A stretch of 64,000 nt of DNA from an uncultured Clostridia bacterium (GTDB lineage: Bacteria; Bacillota; Clostridia; UBA1381): contig CAJUEZ010000003.1 in NCBI GenBank assembly GCA_910585485.1, positions 14,105 through 78,104 of the forward strand, read 5' to 3'. The notes beneath the pieces are model-generated. The model did no database searches. It was not told the origin of the DNA and saw only the letters and a list, made by a program, of their open reading frames with translations. A program made the translations under genes and the position numbers. Positions 19,657-30,430 of this stretch are shown in pieces. Numbering within the stretch: the stretch's first letter is position 1; each line of letters begins with the position of its first letter.

Positions 19657-20655
19657 TTATTTTGTTATTTCAACAGTTCTTGTTTCCTGATCCCATTCCA
19701 CGTCCACGTCAAACGCTTCCATAACGAATCGGAGAGGCACCATAGTTCTGTCATTTTTGATTTTCGCGCTCATTTCAAGTTCAATTTCTTCGCCGTCAAG
19801 AATCGCGGTGTTACTGTCGATAAAAAGCGTCATATCGCGCCCGTCTTTGGATATTTCAACAGTCTGATTTTTGCCGTCCCATTCCACGTCCGCGTCAAGC
19901 GCTTCGCTGACACCGCGGATTGGGATTAGAGTATATGTTTCTCCGTCAACCGTCTCCAGGAGCGGATATTGGTTATCAAATTCAAGCAACTCACCGTTTA
20001 TGCGCACTTTAGCGCCTATGTATTCAATATCGTTGTGATAATATTGGAGCACATGCTCTATATACTGAGCGTCTCCATATTTTTCATAAGTCCAGTTATC
20101 GGCATACTTAGCCGCGTTAACGCGTTCTTCAAGCCAGTTATCTCCGACAGCGTCTATTATCCTGTCCAAAACAGTCTGACCGAAGTTATATGATTGTATC
20201 ATTTTCATATAATCACAGTCGTAACTGACAAGTGATTTTGATATTAGATACGCGGCGAACGGAACGGCTTTTGTCTCGTCAAGCCTGTCCTGCAAAGTCC
20301 AGCGCACACCGGTTGTGTCCTCGCCGAAATCGGCGAATGCTTTTCCGAGCGAATATTCTATCTGCATGATTCCCCAAGCGGGATATTCGCTTCCGTCGTC
20401 TCTGTAACTGAGATTCCTTCCTGAGGATTCCTGCATACATATTGCGGCGAGCAGATTTGGGTCTACTCCGTATTGGTCGCCTGCTTTTTTAAACAGCGAT
20501 GAATATGATTTAACGGCGGAATTAAGCTTTGCCGTGCCTATTTCAAATCCTTCCATGCTGGTGCCGTTGTGGTCGGGAATCGCTCCTGAAGCAAATGCTG
20601 AAACGGGAATTGTCAGCGCCGCCGCTGTTAGTATTGATGCTATTATTTTTTTCAT
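19657..20655 (-). CDS. Secreted lytic transglycosylase/lysozyme-like protein with C-terminal copper-amine-oxidase N-terminal-like (stalk) domain
   Basis: Signal peptide; LLAAICMQESSG, GIMQI and SYNFG motifs; RTMVPLRFV.EAF..DVEWD. Confidence 0.85.
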   Translation of the reverse strand: MKKIIASILTAAALTIPVSAFASGAIPDHNGTSMEGFEIGTAKLNSAVKSYSSLFKKAGDQYGVDPNLLAAICMQESSGRNLSYRDDGSEYPAWGIMQIEYSLGKAFADFGEDTTGVRWTLQDRLDETKAVPFAAYLISKSLVSYDCDYMKMIQSYNFGQTVLDRIIDAVGDNWLEERVNAAKYADNWTYEKYGDAQYIEHVLQYYHNDIEYIGAKVRINGELLEFDNQYPLLETVDGETYTLIPIRGVSEALDADVEWDGKNQTVEISKDGRDMTLFIDSNTAILDGEEIELEMSAKIKNDRTMVPLRFVMEAFDVDVEWDQETRTVEITK

Positions 20656-20726
20656 GTCTATCTCCACAGCCTTTCTCCCCGCAAATACTTATTCATGATT
20701 TTTGACGCAGCATATGCGGGAGTAAT

Positions 20727-22721
20727 TTAATTCGTGTAATTCTTTTTAAGCGCTTCGCACAGTTCATCATCTGATAATGTTCTTCTCTGAGTGTTCTCAA
20801 GGTATATATTTCGTTCTGTTTCGGGCATGCAGTAGTTTTTGTGCCACGCGAAGAAATCGGGACCATCCCCAATCATTCTTATGTATTTGCGCATGCTGTC
20901 CACTGCGTATACAGTTACTCTGACGTTAGTCAGCCAGTCACAGCTATAGAAGTTCTTCCATTTGCCGTGCTCGCCTTCCTCCAAAAGCTTTACAGCCATG
21001 TTAAACTCATTCATTGCGTCCGTAAGCGTAATGAAGCAGAGGGGCATGTCCTTGTGCTCATAATATTCATATGCGCGGCAAAGAGTATAAAGACCTTTTG
21101 CCCCGTATAGATGAAGTTTTGCCTGAAACAGAATATTGTCCTCAAAAAATACGCTGCCCATAGAGAGCTCGTCCAAAACTGCCTCGCATTTCCTGACAAG
21201 CGCCGTGAACATATTTACGGCGGTTCGGCACTTTCTTCCAAAGAATTGCGTTTGCTCTAAAAGAGAAACATAGCCTGTGGCATAAACAAGTCCCTTGGAA
21301 AGTTTATTCCCTTTTGTCCAGTCGACGCAAATTCTCCGTGCGGTATGGAAATAGATTTCATCGCCGGCTTTGTCATCTTCGTTTTCGCCGTATTGAATAC
21401 ACGCGTCAAAATATTCGTTATAGCAGTCGATAGCATCGATGTCACCGAAATACTTTTGAGCGAAATTTTGTTTAAAACGATCTATATCCGTTTCGCCGCA
21501 GTTCCATTTTTGCGCGACAAGAGAAAGCGTGTAAACGTGAGGTCGGATATTTCCGCAGTTAAGCAGAAGATAATCGTCCGCTCCTGCGTTAAACGCTGCG
21601 TCCAACTCGTCATTTACAAATTCCACCGTATTGCCAAGAAGTGTAAGGTGGCTTGAAGCCTGCAAGTCATGGAAAGTGATGTGGTAATAAAGACCATGCA
21701 TTCCGTCTTCCTTAGGAAGTGACGGAGTGCGAGGATTGTGAGTGCCCTGTCGGCGCGTTACCATTTTTCCATAACCATTGTCTGACCATATTTTTATGAA
21801 GTTTTTTGGGAGTTTAAGATAACCTCCCTCGTACAATTCTGTAATTTCACCGTACAGATAGACCGCGCACACAGGATTTTCAATCTTCTCGCATATCATC
21901 GCGTACTGTTTGTCAATAACCTTTCTGATAACGTCAGCACGGCTTTGCGGTGTGGTATACTTCGGATCGTTCATCCAAAACGGCGCGTCGCCTTGACCAC
22001 GGAAGCCAAGCGTCCATACGATTTTTTTGTCTTTGTTTTTATCTATGGCATCGCGCCATAATTTTTCAAATAAGTCGGGATGCTTGTCATAGCTTGCTTC
22101 TTTATCGGGATAAGCGCGCAGAAACATCTCGCCGCCGAGAGGTTCTGCGTGATGGTGCGTTATGTAAAGTCCCATTTCCGAGGCTATATCAAAATGCTGC
22201 CCGTTTCGGGGAAGATCCGTTCCGGGGATAACCATATTTCCGCCCAGTCTAAGAAGCGTTTCAAAAACAATTTCCCAGACTTTTCTTGACGGAGGATATT
22301 CATCGCTCCAACCGATAAGACATACCTCATCATTGACAAACCATCCTCTGTAGCGTACCTTTGCCTTAGGTGACAGATATTCTCTTGATGTAAGCGCAAT
22401 CATATTGCGTTTCATCGGTTCTTTTTCCGTCCAGTACCAAAAATCATCCACACCGAGAAATTCACGGCTCATATAGAGCAGGGCGTATATGACGCCAAGT
22501 TCGTCCGCGCAGCGCACGGTGATATTTTCATCAGTGATTGTAATGTGAAACTGCTCGTTGTCAAGTTCTCCGCATTCGTTTAGGATTTCCACATCTTTTC
22601 CTGATTTGGGTTCCTCTGCAAACACCTTTTTAAAGTCGCGCGTGAATATGTCGCGCGCGTGCTTTATGGGAGGGGTAACAGAGGGGAAGGAAAAAGTAGT
22701 ATCCTTTGTAATTTTAAACAT
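20727..22721 (-). CDS. Glycoside hydrolase family 115-like (alpha-glucuronidase type)
   Basis: VRYRGWFVNDE, ETLLRLGGN, HHHAEPL, LGFRGQGD, WSDNGYG motifs; no signal peptide. Confidence 0.8.
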   Translation of the reverse strand: MFKITKDTTFSFPSVTPPIKHARDIFTRDFKKVFAEEPKSGKDVEILNECGELDNEQFHITITDENITVRCADELGVIYALLYMSREFLGVDDFWYWTEKEPMKRNMIALTSREYLSPKAKVRYRGWFVNDEVCLIGWSDEYPPSRKVWEIVFETLLRLGGNMVIPGTDLPRNGQHFDIASEMGLYITHHHAEPLGGEMFLRAYPDKEASYDKHPDLFEKLWRDAIDKNKDKKIVWTLGFRGQGDAPFWMNDPKYTTPQSRADVIRKVIDKQYAMICEKIENPVCAVYLYGEITELYEGGYLKLPKNFIKIWSDNGYGKMVTRRQGTHNPRTPSLPKEDGMHGLYYHITFHDLQASSHLTLLGNTVEFVNDELDAAFNAGADDYLLLNCGNIRPHVYTLSLVAQKWNCGETDIDRFKQNFAQKYFGDIDAIDCYNEYFDACIQYGENEDDKAGDEIYFHTARRICVDWTKGNKLSKGLVYATGYVSLLEQTQFFGRKCRTAVNMFTALVRKCEAVLDELSMGSVFFEDNILFQAKLHLYGAKGLYTLCRAYEYYEHKDMPLCFITLTDAMNEFNMAVKLLEEGEHGKWKNFYSCDWLTNVRVTVYAVDSMRKYIRMIGDGPDFFAWHKNYCMPETERNIYLENTQRRTLSDDELCEALKKNYTN

Positions 22722-22846
22722 AACTGTCTCCTTTTCTAAAATATGTGTATATATAGATTATACACGTATTCTTGCGGTTAGTCAATGTATTAACTTGCCA
22801 TAGTATAAAAAATAAGGAAACGGACAATAATAAATTAAAAAAATGA

Positions 22847-24133
<1,287 letters not shown>

Positions 24134-24168
24134 AATATCGTAGTTTTCTTGTGATGGGTTTAAAAATG

Positions 24169-24203
24169 AACGGAGCATAACCGATATGGTTATGCTCCGT
24201 TTA
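24169..24203 (+). terminator. eno terminator
   Basis: AACGGAGCATAACC-GATAT-GGTTATGCTCCGTT. Confidence 0.85.
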
Positions 24204-24361
24204 TAAATTAATCATTGTCCTTTTTTATGTCGTCTACTGTGCCGCCTATAATAGACATAGTGCGGATTTGTCGTTTTTTTACAACACCGGTCTTGTTGTA
24301 CGAGCTAACAGAGAATATTATTCAAATGAAAATATTCTCTAAAAATAAGTATTAAAAAAAT

Positions 24362-24537
24362 AGTATCCGTATGCTTACGCATAAATGCGAAAGCTCTATC
24401 ATTTCGCCCATTTCTCTTTCCCTCAAAGCTCTGCTTTGCGGGAGACCCTTTTGGCGGTGGTATCGCCTACGGCGAACGGCGTTCCTGCGGAAAGCGCGTC
24501 ATTCTTTTTTCTAAACCCAACAAAAACAATTTGTATA
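24362..24537. repeat. GC-rich hairpin-containing intergenic repeat-like element
   Basis: Nested small hairpins (CAAAGC-TCT-GCTTTG; CGCC-TAC-GGCG). The CGCCTRCGGCG motif is shared with the 3.4-3.8 kb element. Confidence 0.5.
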
Positions 24538-24591
24538 GCAGATGTAATTATATTTGTAAATAAATTTTTTATAAATATTTTCCTATGTGCG

Positions 24592-24620
24592 TTGACATTA
24601 TATAATGAGCCATATATAAT
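24592..24620 (+). promoter_or_regulatory. SigA promoter of the two-component operon
   Basis: TTGACA-N17-TATAAT. Confidence 0.75.
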
Positions 24621-24650
24621 TTGACTATTAACATGAAACGGAGCATATCG

Positions 24651-25301
24651 ATGAAAATATTGATTGTTGAAGATGACAGAACTCTAAATAATGGAATTGC
24701 ATTATCTCTGAGCAATGATGATATTTTGCAGTCTTTTTGCATAGAAGATGCTGACAGGCTGTTAAACGACAGCGTAGATTTAATTATTCTTGATATAAAT
24801 TTACCCGATGGAAGCGGACTTGATTTTTGCCGTAAAGTACGACAAACCAGCAAAGTTCCGATTATATTCCTGACTGCCAACGATATGGAAATAGACATTG
24901 TGACAGGTCTTGAAACAGGTGCGGACGATTATATAACAAAGCCGTTTTCGCTCGCTGTACTTCGTGCAAGAGTAAATGCGGTTTTAAGACGTCAGAATAC
25001 GGATAGCAATATTTTTCATTTAAGCAAATTTGAATTTGATTTTGACAATATGAAATTTCTTGACGGAAACACTCCTGTTGAACTCAGCAAAACGGAACAG
25101 CGCCTGTTAAAAATTTTTGTTCAAAACCAGGGACGAACATTATCCCGCGAAATGCTTATTGACCGAGTATGGTCTGACTACTCAGAGTTTGTTGAGGAAA
25201 ACGCATTATCTGTAACGGTTAAACGGCTTCGACAAAAATTATCCGATGTGCCGATAAAATCAGTTTACGGAATAGGCTATGTCTGGGAGAAAGAGAAATG
25301 A
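24651..25301 (+). CDS. OmpR-family response regulator
   Basis: ILIVEDD, LDINLPD, GADDYITKPF; winged-helix C-terminus. Confidence 0.95.
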   Translation: MKILIVEDDRTLNNGIALSLSNDDILQSFCIEDADRLLNDSVDLIILDINLPDGSGLDFCRKVRQTSKVPIIFLTANDMEIDIVTGLETGADDYITKPFSLAVLRARVNAVLRRQNTDSNIFHLSKFEFDFDNMKFLDGNTPVELSKTEQRLLKIFVQNQGRTLSREMLIDRVWSDYSEFVEENALSVTVKRLRQKLSDVPIKSVYGIGYVWEKEK

Positions 25302-26209
25302 TAATTTTTTTGTTAATGATTATAATTATTCTTATTGCGGCAATATGCGCAATTTATCTGCGAACCTCAAAGGTTTTAACGAGTGTTGACAAAATGATTG
25401 ACAGCGCAATAAACAATACTTTTTCCGAAAGTGATTTTACAGAAAAAAGGCTGTCTAAATTACAGTCGAAAATGTATCGGTTTTTAGCATCGGGAAATAC
25501 TGCCTTAAAAAAGATTAATTCTGAAAAGGACGGAATTAAAACTTTAATTGCGGATATATCGCACCAGACGAAAACTCCAATATCAAATATTTTGCTGTAC
25601 TCTCAGCTTCTGAAAGAAATACCTGATTTAGATGACAGCGCAAAGAGAATATCAAATCAGATAGAAAATCAGACAGAAAAATTAAATTTTTTAATTTCCT
25701 CGCTGATAAAAACCTCGCGTTTGGAAAACGGCATTATAAATGTTGTTCCCAAAGAAAACAGCGTAAAAAAACTGCTTAAAGCCATTGATTTTAAACGCAT
25801 ATCAGCAGAAAAACAAATCCTCTGCAATATAGAACCTGCGCCTGAAATAACGGCTGTTTTTGATTTCAAATGGACGCTTGAAGTAATATCCAACATTGTT
25901 GATAACGCAATAAAATACACACCATGTGGCGGTAAGATTACGGTTACAACTGCTGAGTATGAGATGTTTGCAAGAATTGATGTGGCTGATACGGGTATAG
26001 GCATAAGCGAGGACGAAACAGCAAAAATATTTACACGTTTTTATCGCTCAGCAGACGTCAGTGATGAAAAGGGTGTGGGAATAGGACTGTACCTTGCGAG
26101 AGAAATACTTTCAAAAGAGGGCGGATATATAAAAGTAAGCTCACAAAAAGAGAAAGGCTCGGTATTTTCTGTGTTTTTGCCCAAAAATTCAAATCTTTCA
26201 AAACTGTAA
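25298..26209 (+). CDS. Sensor histidine kinase (one short N-terminal TM, no extracellular domain)
   Basis: ISHQTKTP H-box, NAIKY N-box, DTGIG and GIGLY G-boxes. Confidence 0.95.
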   Translation: MIIFLLMIIIILIAAICAIYLRTSKVLTSVDKMIDSAINNTFSESDFTEKRLSKLQSKMYRFLASGNTALKKINSEKDGIKTLIADISHQTKTPISNILLYSQLLKEIPDLDDSAKRISNQIENQTEKLNFLISSLIKTSRLENGIINVVPKENSVKKLLKAIDFKRISAEKQILCNIEPAPEITAVFDFKWTLEVISNIVDNAIKYTPCGGKITVTTAEYEMFARIDVADTGIGISEDETAKIFTRFYRSADVSDEKGVGIGLYLAREILSKEGGYIKVSSQKEKGSVFSVFLPKNSNLSKL

Positions 26210-26236
26210 GATTTCAGAAAGATTTGAGAAAGAATT
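26191..26236 (+). promoter_or_regulatory. Probable response-regulator binding site upstream of ABC transporter
   Basis: Inverted repeat AAATCTTTCA-AAAC-TGTAAGATTT plus AAGAWTT direct repeats at 11-bp period. Confidence 0.6.
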
Positions 26237-26299
26237 ATACTGTATAGTAGTGAATGTAAAATAATATTTACGTTCACTATTTTTATGGAGGAAACAGTT

Positions 26300-26977
26300 A
26301 TGGATATTTTAAAAACTACAAACCTAAAAAAATATTATGGCAGCGGCGACACTACCGTAAAAGCGCTTGACGGAGTAAATCTGTCGGTAGAGGACGGTGA
26401 ATTTGCGGCTATTGTCGGCACATCGGGAAGCGGCAAATCAACGCTTCTGCATATGCTCGGCGGTCTTGACAGACCGACAAGCGGAAGCGTTGAGGTAGAG
26501 GGCAAAAGCATATTTTCTCTAAAGGACGACGCGCTCACGATTTTCCGCAGACGCAAGATTGGCTTTATATTCCAGAGCTACAATCTTGTGCCTGTACTGA
26601 ATGTATATGAAAATATCGTACTCCCGATTGAGCTTGACGGAAACAAGCTCGATAAAAAGCATATTGACAATATTATAGAAACACTTGGCTTAACAGAAAA
26701 GATAAACAATCTGCCAAATCAGCTTTCGGGCGGACAGCAGCAAAGAGTAGCTATCGCGCGCGCTCTTGCGTCAAAGCCCGCTATTATTCTTGCGGACGAG
26801 CCCACGGGCAATCTTGACAGCAAAACAAGCCTTGACGTTATGGGACTTTTAAAGGTGACGAGCGAGAGGTTTTCGCAGACTATTGTTATGATTACGCATA
26901 ACGAGGAAATCGCGCAGATGTCAGACAGGATTATACGCATTGAAGATGGCAGAATTGTAGGTGGTAACAATGCTTAA
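26300..26977 (+). CDS. ABC transporter ATP-binding protein (LolD/MacB-like)
   Basis: [17 protein letters not shown] and ADEPTGNLD motifs. Confidence 0.95.
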   Translation: MDILKTTNLKKYYGSGDTTVKALDGVNLSVEDGEFAAIVGTSGSGKSTLLHMLGGLDRPTSGSVEVEGKSIFSLKDDALTIFRRRKIGFIFQSYNLVPVLNVYENIVLPIELDGNKLDKKHIDNIIETLGLTEKINNLPNQLSGGQQQRVAIARALASKPAIILADEPTGNLDSKTSLDVMGLLKVTSERFSQTIVMITHNEEIAQMSDRIIRIEDGRIVGGNNA

Positions 26978-29528
26978 GGTAAACAGTAAAAAAGCAATCC
27001 GCCGTCTGTCAAACAGAAGCCTTAAGGCAAATGTTTCGAGAAACATAATAGCGGTTATCGCTATCGCTCTTACGGCAATACTCTTTACCGCGCTGTTTAC
27101 AGTCGGAAGCGGAATGATTGAAAATATCCAGCGTCAGACTATGCGTCAGGCGGGCGGTGACGGTATGGCGTATTTAAAGTACTTAACCGATGAGCAGTAT
27201 GACAATATAAAAGACCATCCGCTTATTGACAGAATTTCATATAATCAAATGATATGCGACGAGGTTATAAATGATAAACTTTTAAAGCGTCACGCCGAAA
27301 TTTTTTATATGAACGACATCGGAATGGAACTTGGCTTCTGCACTCCCACTCACGGACGTAAGCCTGAAAAAGAAAACGAGATAATAATGGACACGCGCGC
27401 GATGAAAATGCTCGGACTCCCAGAGGAAGTCGGCGCAAAGGTAACCTTTAAACTGAAAATCCACGGCGGAGAAACAGTGGAGCGTGAATTTGTCCTTTCA
27501 GGCTGGTGGGAGGCTGACCCGACATTTGATATGGCGTCGATTATGGTGGTTTCAAAAGCGTATGTTGACGCGCATAGTGACGAGCTCTACAACAGCTATT
27601 ATGAAAACTACGAAATGACGGGTGTTATAGGCAGTTATGTAATGTTTAAAAACTCGTTTGGTCTGGGAAATAAGCTTGAGCGTATAATAACCGAAAGCGG
27701 TTATTCAATGGACGAAAATGCGCAAAATTACATTGCGTCAAATGTGAACTGGTCGTATTTGTCGAGCAATTTCAATTTGGATTTGCCTACTGTTGCGGCT
27801 GTAATAGCTGCTCTTGCGCTTATAATATTTACGGGTTATCTGATAATCTATAATATTTTCCAGATTTCCGTAATAAAGGACATTCGCTTTTACGGACTGT
27901 TAAAAACAATAGGAACGACAGGCAGACAGATTAAAAAGATTATCCGCCGACAGGCGATTGTGCTGTCATGTATAGGCATACCGATAGGACTTATCGCAGG
28001 ATATTTCATAGGCACGGCTATTGTTCCGCTTATTATGAACCAAAGCTCGTTTGCAGGCGCGAATTTTACAACAAGCGCAAATCCGCTTATATTTGTCGGA
28101 AGTACGGTTTTCGCTCTTGTAACCGTTGCAATAAGCACGGCAAAGCCCAGACGTATCGCGGCGAGCGTGTCGCCTGTTGAGGCTGTTCGGTATACGGACA
28201 ATACAAATACCAAAAAGAAAAACAGAAAATCACGCAGCGGCGCGAAAATCAGCGGTATGGCGGCGGCAAATCTCGGACGGAATAAAAAGCGCACAACGCT
28301 TGTTGTCATTTCAATGGCATTATCGCTTGTTCTGTTCAACACAATTTATACACTGAGTATCGGTTTTGATATGGATAAGTTTTTATCCACCTTTGTGGAA
28401 ACGGACTTCCTCGTTTCACACGCAAGCCTTGTAAATTACGGTTACATAGGCGATGAAGATACAGTAACGGAAAGTATGATTTCGGCGATTGAAATGCAGA
28501 ACAGTTTTAAAGAAGGAGGACGCTTCTTTGCGGATATAAGAGATGCTGAATGTTTCAGGATTAAGCCGGACGGGAGAGAGTCTCATTATCTGCGCGTGAA
28601 CGAGGACGATAACGGAAACTATTTTTGCGCGGTCTACGGCTTGGAGGACTTTCCGATAGGCAATTTAAAAGTGCTTGAGGGTGAAATTGATTACGAAAAG
28701 CTCAAAACGGGAAAATATATATTAGAGGGTGTACAGACAGATGATAACCATAACCCCATATGGGAAACCTCGCATTATGATATAGGCGATACTGTAACGC
28801 TTTGTAATTACAGAGGCGGCGGAGAAGCATCGGCGGACAATGAATATATGGAATATCAATACGAGGTTATGGCAAAGGTTGAGGTGAATACCTTTACAAA
28901 TTCCTGCCGCATGGGATATGACTATTCCTATTATCTTCCTGCCGAGGTATATAAAACCATGGTGGCAAATCCGGGTACGATGAGTTATGTATGTAATGTC
29001 GAGGACGGTTTGGAGGCGGCTATGGACGCGTTTTTGGAAAATTACACCGAGAACGCTGAGCCGACAATGACGTATTCATCAAGAAATACAAAAGCAAAGG
29101 AATTTGAGGGAATGCGGAATGTAGTACTTATTGTCGGCGGAGTATTGAGCCTTATAATAGGACTAATAGGAGTGCTGAATTTTATAAATTCAATGCTTAC
29201 AAGCATATTAACAAGAAAGCGTGAATTTGCAATGCTTCAGTCAATCGGTATGACGTCAAAACAGCTTCGGAAAATGCTCATAGCCGAGGGGCTTATGTAC
29301 ACCGCATCATCGGGCGCGGTATCGCTTGTATTGGGAGTGGGAGTGTCGGCTCTGCTTGCAAATACCGTGGCAAAGTCCTTGTGGTTCTTCACCTATCAGT
29401 TCACATTGCTCCCGCTTATAATAACAATTCCGATACTGCTCGTTATAGGAATAACGCTTCCCTTACCTGTACTCAAATCAGTGGAAAAACAAAGTATTGT
29501 GGACAGATTAAGAGAAACGGAAGCATAA
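26970..29528 (+). CDS. ABC transporter permease with two FtsX-like domains
   Basis: [12 protein letters not shown] and [14 protein letters not shown] motifs; large extracellular loops. Confidence 0.9.
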   Translation: MLKVNSKKAIRRLSNRSLKANVSRNIIAVIAIALTAILFTALFTVGSGMIENIQRQTMRQAGGDGMAYLKYLTDEQYDNIKDHPLIDRISYNQMICDEVINDKLLKRHAEIFYMNDIGMELGFCTPTHGRKPEKENEIIMDTRAMKMLGLPEEVGAKVTFKLKIHGGETVEREFVLSGWWEADPTFDMASIMVVSKAYVDAHSDELYNSYYENYEMTGVIGSYVMFKNSFGLGNKLERIITESGYSMDENAQNYIASNVNWSYLSSNFNLDLPTVAAVIAALALIIFTGYLIIYNIFQISVIKDIRFYGLLKTIGTTGRQIKKIIRRQAIVLSCIGIPIGLIAGYFIGTAIVPLIMNQSSFAGANFTTSANPLIFVGSTVFALVTVAISTAKPRRIAASVSPVEAVRYTDNTNTKKKNRKSRSGAKISGMAAANLGRNKKRTTLVVISMALSLVLFNTIYTLSIGFDMDKFLSTFVETDFLVSHASLVNYGYIGDEDTVTESMISAIEMQNSFKEGGRFFADIRDAECFRIKPDGRESHYLRVNEDDNGNYFCAVYGLEDFPIGNLKVLEGEIDYEKLKTGKYILEGVQTDDNHNPIWETSHYDIGDTVTLCNYRGGGEASADNEYMEYQYEVMAKVEVNTFTNSCRMGYDYSYYLPAEVYKTMVANPGTMSYVCNVEDGLEAAMDAFLENYTENAEPTMTYSSRNTKAKEFEGMRNVVLIVGGVLSLIIGLIGVLNFINSMLTSILTRKREFAMLQSIGMTSKQLRKMLIAEGLMYTASSGAVSLVLGVGVSALLANTVAKSLWFFTYQFTLLPLIITIPILLVIGITLPLPVLKSVEKQSIVDRLRETEA

Positions 29529-29750
29529 AGTTAAATATTGCAATTATAAAAGATTTTCTTTAATCGGTTCGCCATTGTTGCAGTCATACGGCGGATAACG
29601 TGAATGTTTTTCATTGTGTTTCGCTCATTTCAATCATTTGTTGCTTTTATTATACACTATTATCGACAATAGTGTGATGTGCAAAATATATAATATTATA
29701 TTATGTATTGTGTATATTGAAGATAATATTAATTTGTGATATAGTATACT

Positions 29751-29862
29751 TGCAGTTAAGAAACCAGCTGTAGGTGATAGAGAAATCTATGCAACCTTGA
29801 TATATTGGAACGGTGGAAGCTGTTATGCCCTTTATACTGATTTTAGGAGGTGAAAACTGTAC
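29751..29862 (+). ncRNA. Candidate structured small RNA
   Basis: Promoter TTGAAG-N17-TATAGT (29717-29745); 5'/3' pairing TGCAGTT/AACTGTA; two GNRA-capped hairpins; no credible ORF. Confidence 0.4.
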
Positions 29863-29968
29863 TAAAAGAAGATAGGGGGATATGACAATACGTAAATTGA
29901 CAAAAATTAGATTTTATGATAGAATTACAATATAAAGTGTTTTATTTGACAGAATGGAGGAAAATAGT

Positions 29969-30202
29969 ATGAGTTCACCTATTGGAAAGCTGTTTAAATT
30001 TGTTGTTGTCGCGGCGGGAACGGTTGCGGCAGGATATGGTATAAAAAAAGCGTGCGACAATGATTTTCAGGATTTTAAGGATTTTGCGCACAAAGGAAAA
30101 AATCTTCTGTGCGAAACTTTTCATTCTGAGAGAAGAAATGACGAGTATGAAGAGACTATTGAGATTATAGACGAGGACGATATGCCTGAATTTGTAGACT
30201 AA
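29969..30202 (+). CDS. Small hypothetical protein, hydrophobic N-terminus and acidic tail
   Basis: Own promoter TTGACA-N17-TAGAAT (29897-29925), GGAGG SD and downstream terminator. Confidence 0.7.
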   Translation: MSSPIGKLFKFVVVAAGTVAAGYGIKKACDNDFQDFKDFAHKGKNLLCETFHSERRNDEYEETIEIIDEDDMPEFVD

Positions 30203-30208
30203 TATGGC

Positions 30209-30242
30209 AAATCCCGCTTTTATAGAAAAGCGGGATTTTTTT
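30209..30242 (+). terminator. Intrinsic terminator
   Basis: AAATCCCGCTTTT-ATAG-AAAAGCGGGATTT plus T-run. Confidence 0.85.
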
Positions 30243-30253
30243 CAAAAAAATGC

Positions 30254-30282
30254 TTGACAAACGGATATATAGCTGATATAAT
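30254..30282 (+). promoter_or_regulatory. SigA promoter of infC operon
   Basis: TTGACA-N17-TATAAT. Confidence 0.8.
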
Positions 30283-30299
30283 AAAGCAGAAAATAAAAC

Positions 30300-30405
30300 A
30301 AGCAGAACAATCCGTTCTCACCGTACGGCGAAGGCTTTGCGGTAAATACATAGATACTTAATTGTATCAGTATGTGTTTCGGGTGCGTTTTGCAGCCGTT
30401 TTTTT
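30300..30405 (+). ncRNA. Ribosomal protein L20 leader
   Basis: AAGCAGAAC...CCGTTCTCACC start typical of Firmicutes L20 leaders; ends in a GC hairpin plus T-run before infC-rpmI-rplT. Confidence 0.8.
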
Positions 30406-30430
30406 GTTTATGTTTAAGGAGGGATTAACC

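Noticed and set aside
24385..24624. 79-aa ORF upstream of the response regulator
   Set aside because: Runs through the repeat-like element and the promoter; no SD.
24638..24648. AACGGAGCATA shared with the eno terminator arm, as a possible insertion boundary
   Set aside because: An 11-bp match that doubles as the regulator's SD; chance cannot be excluded.
29760..29880. SAM-I, c-di-GMP, T-box or NiCo riboswitch identity for the candidate RNA
   Set aside because: Only fragments match (GCAACC, GGTGGAA); the core consensus elements and expected downstream genes are missing.
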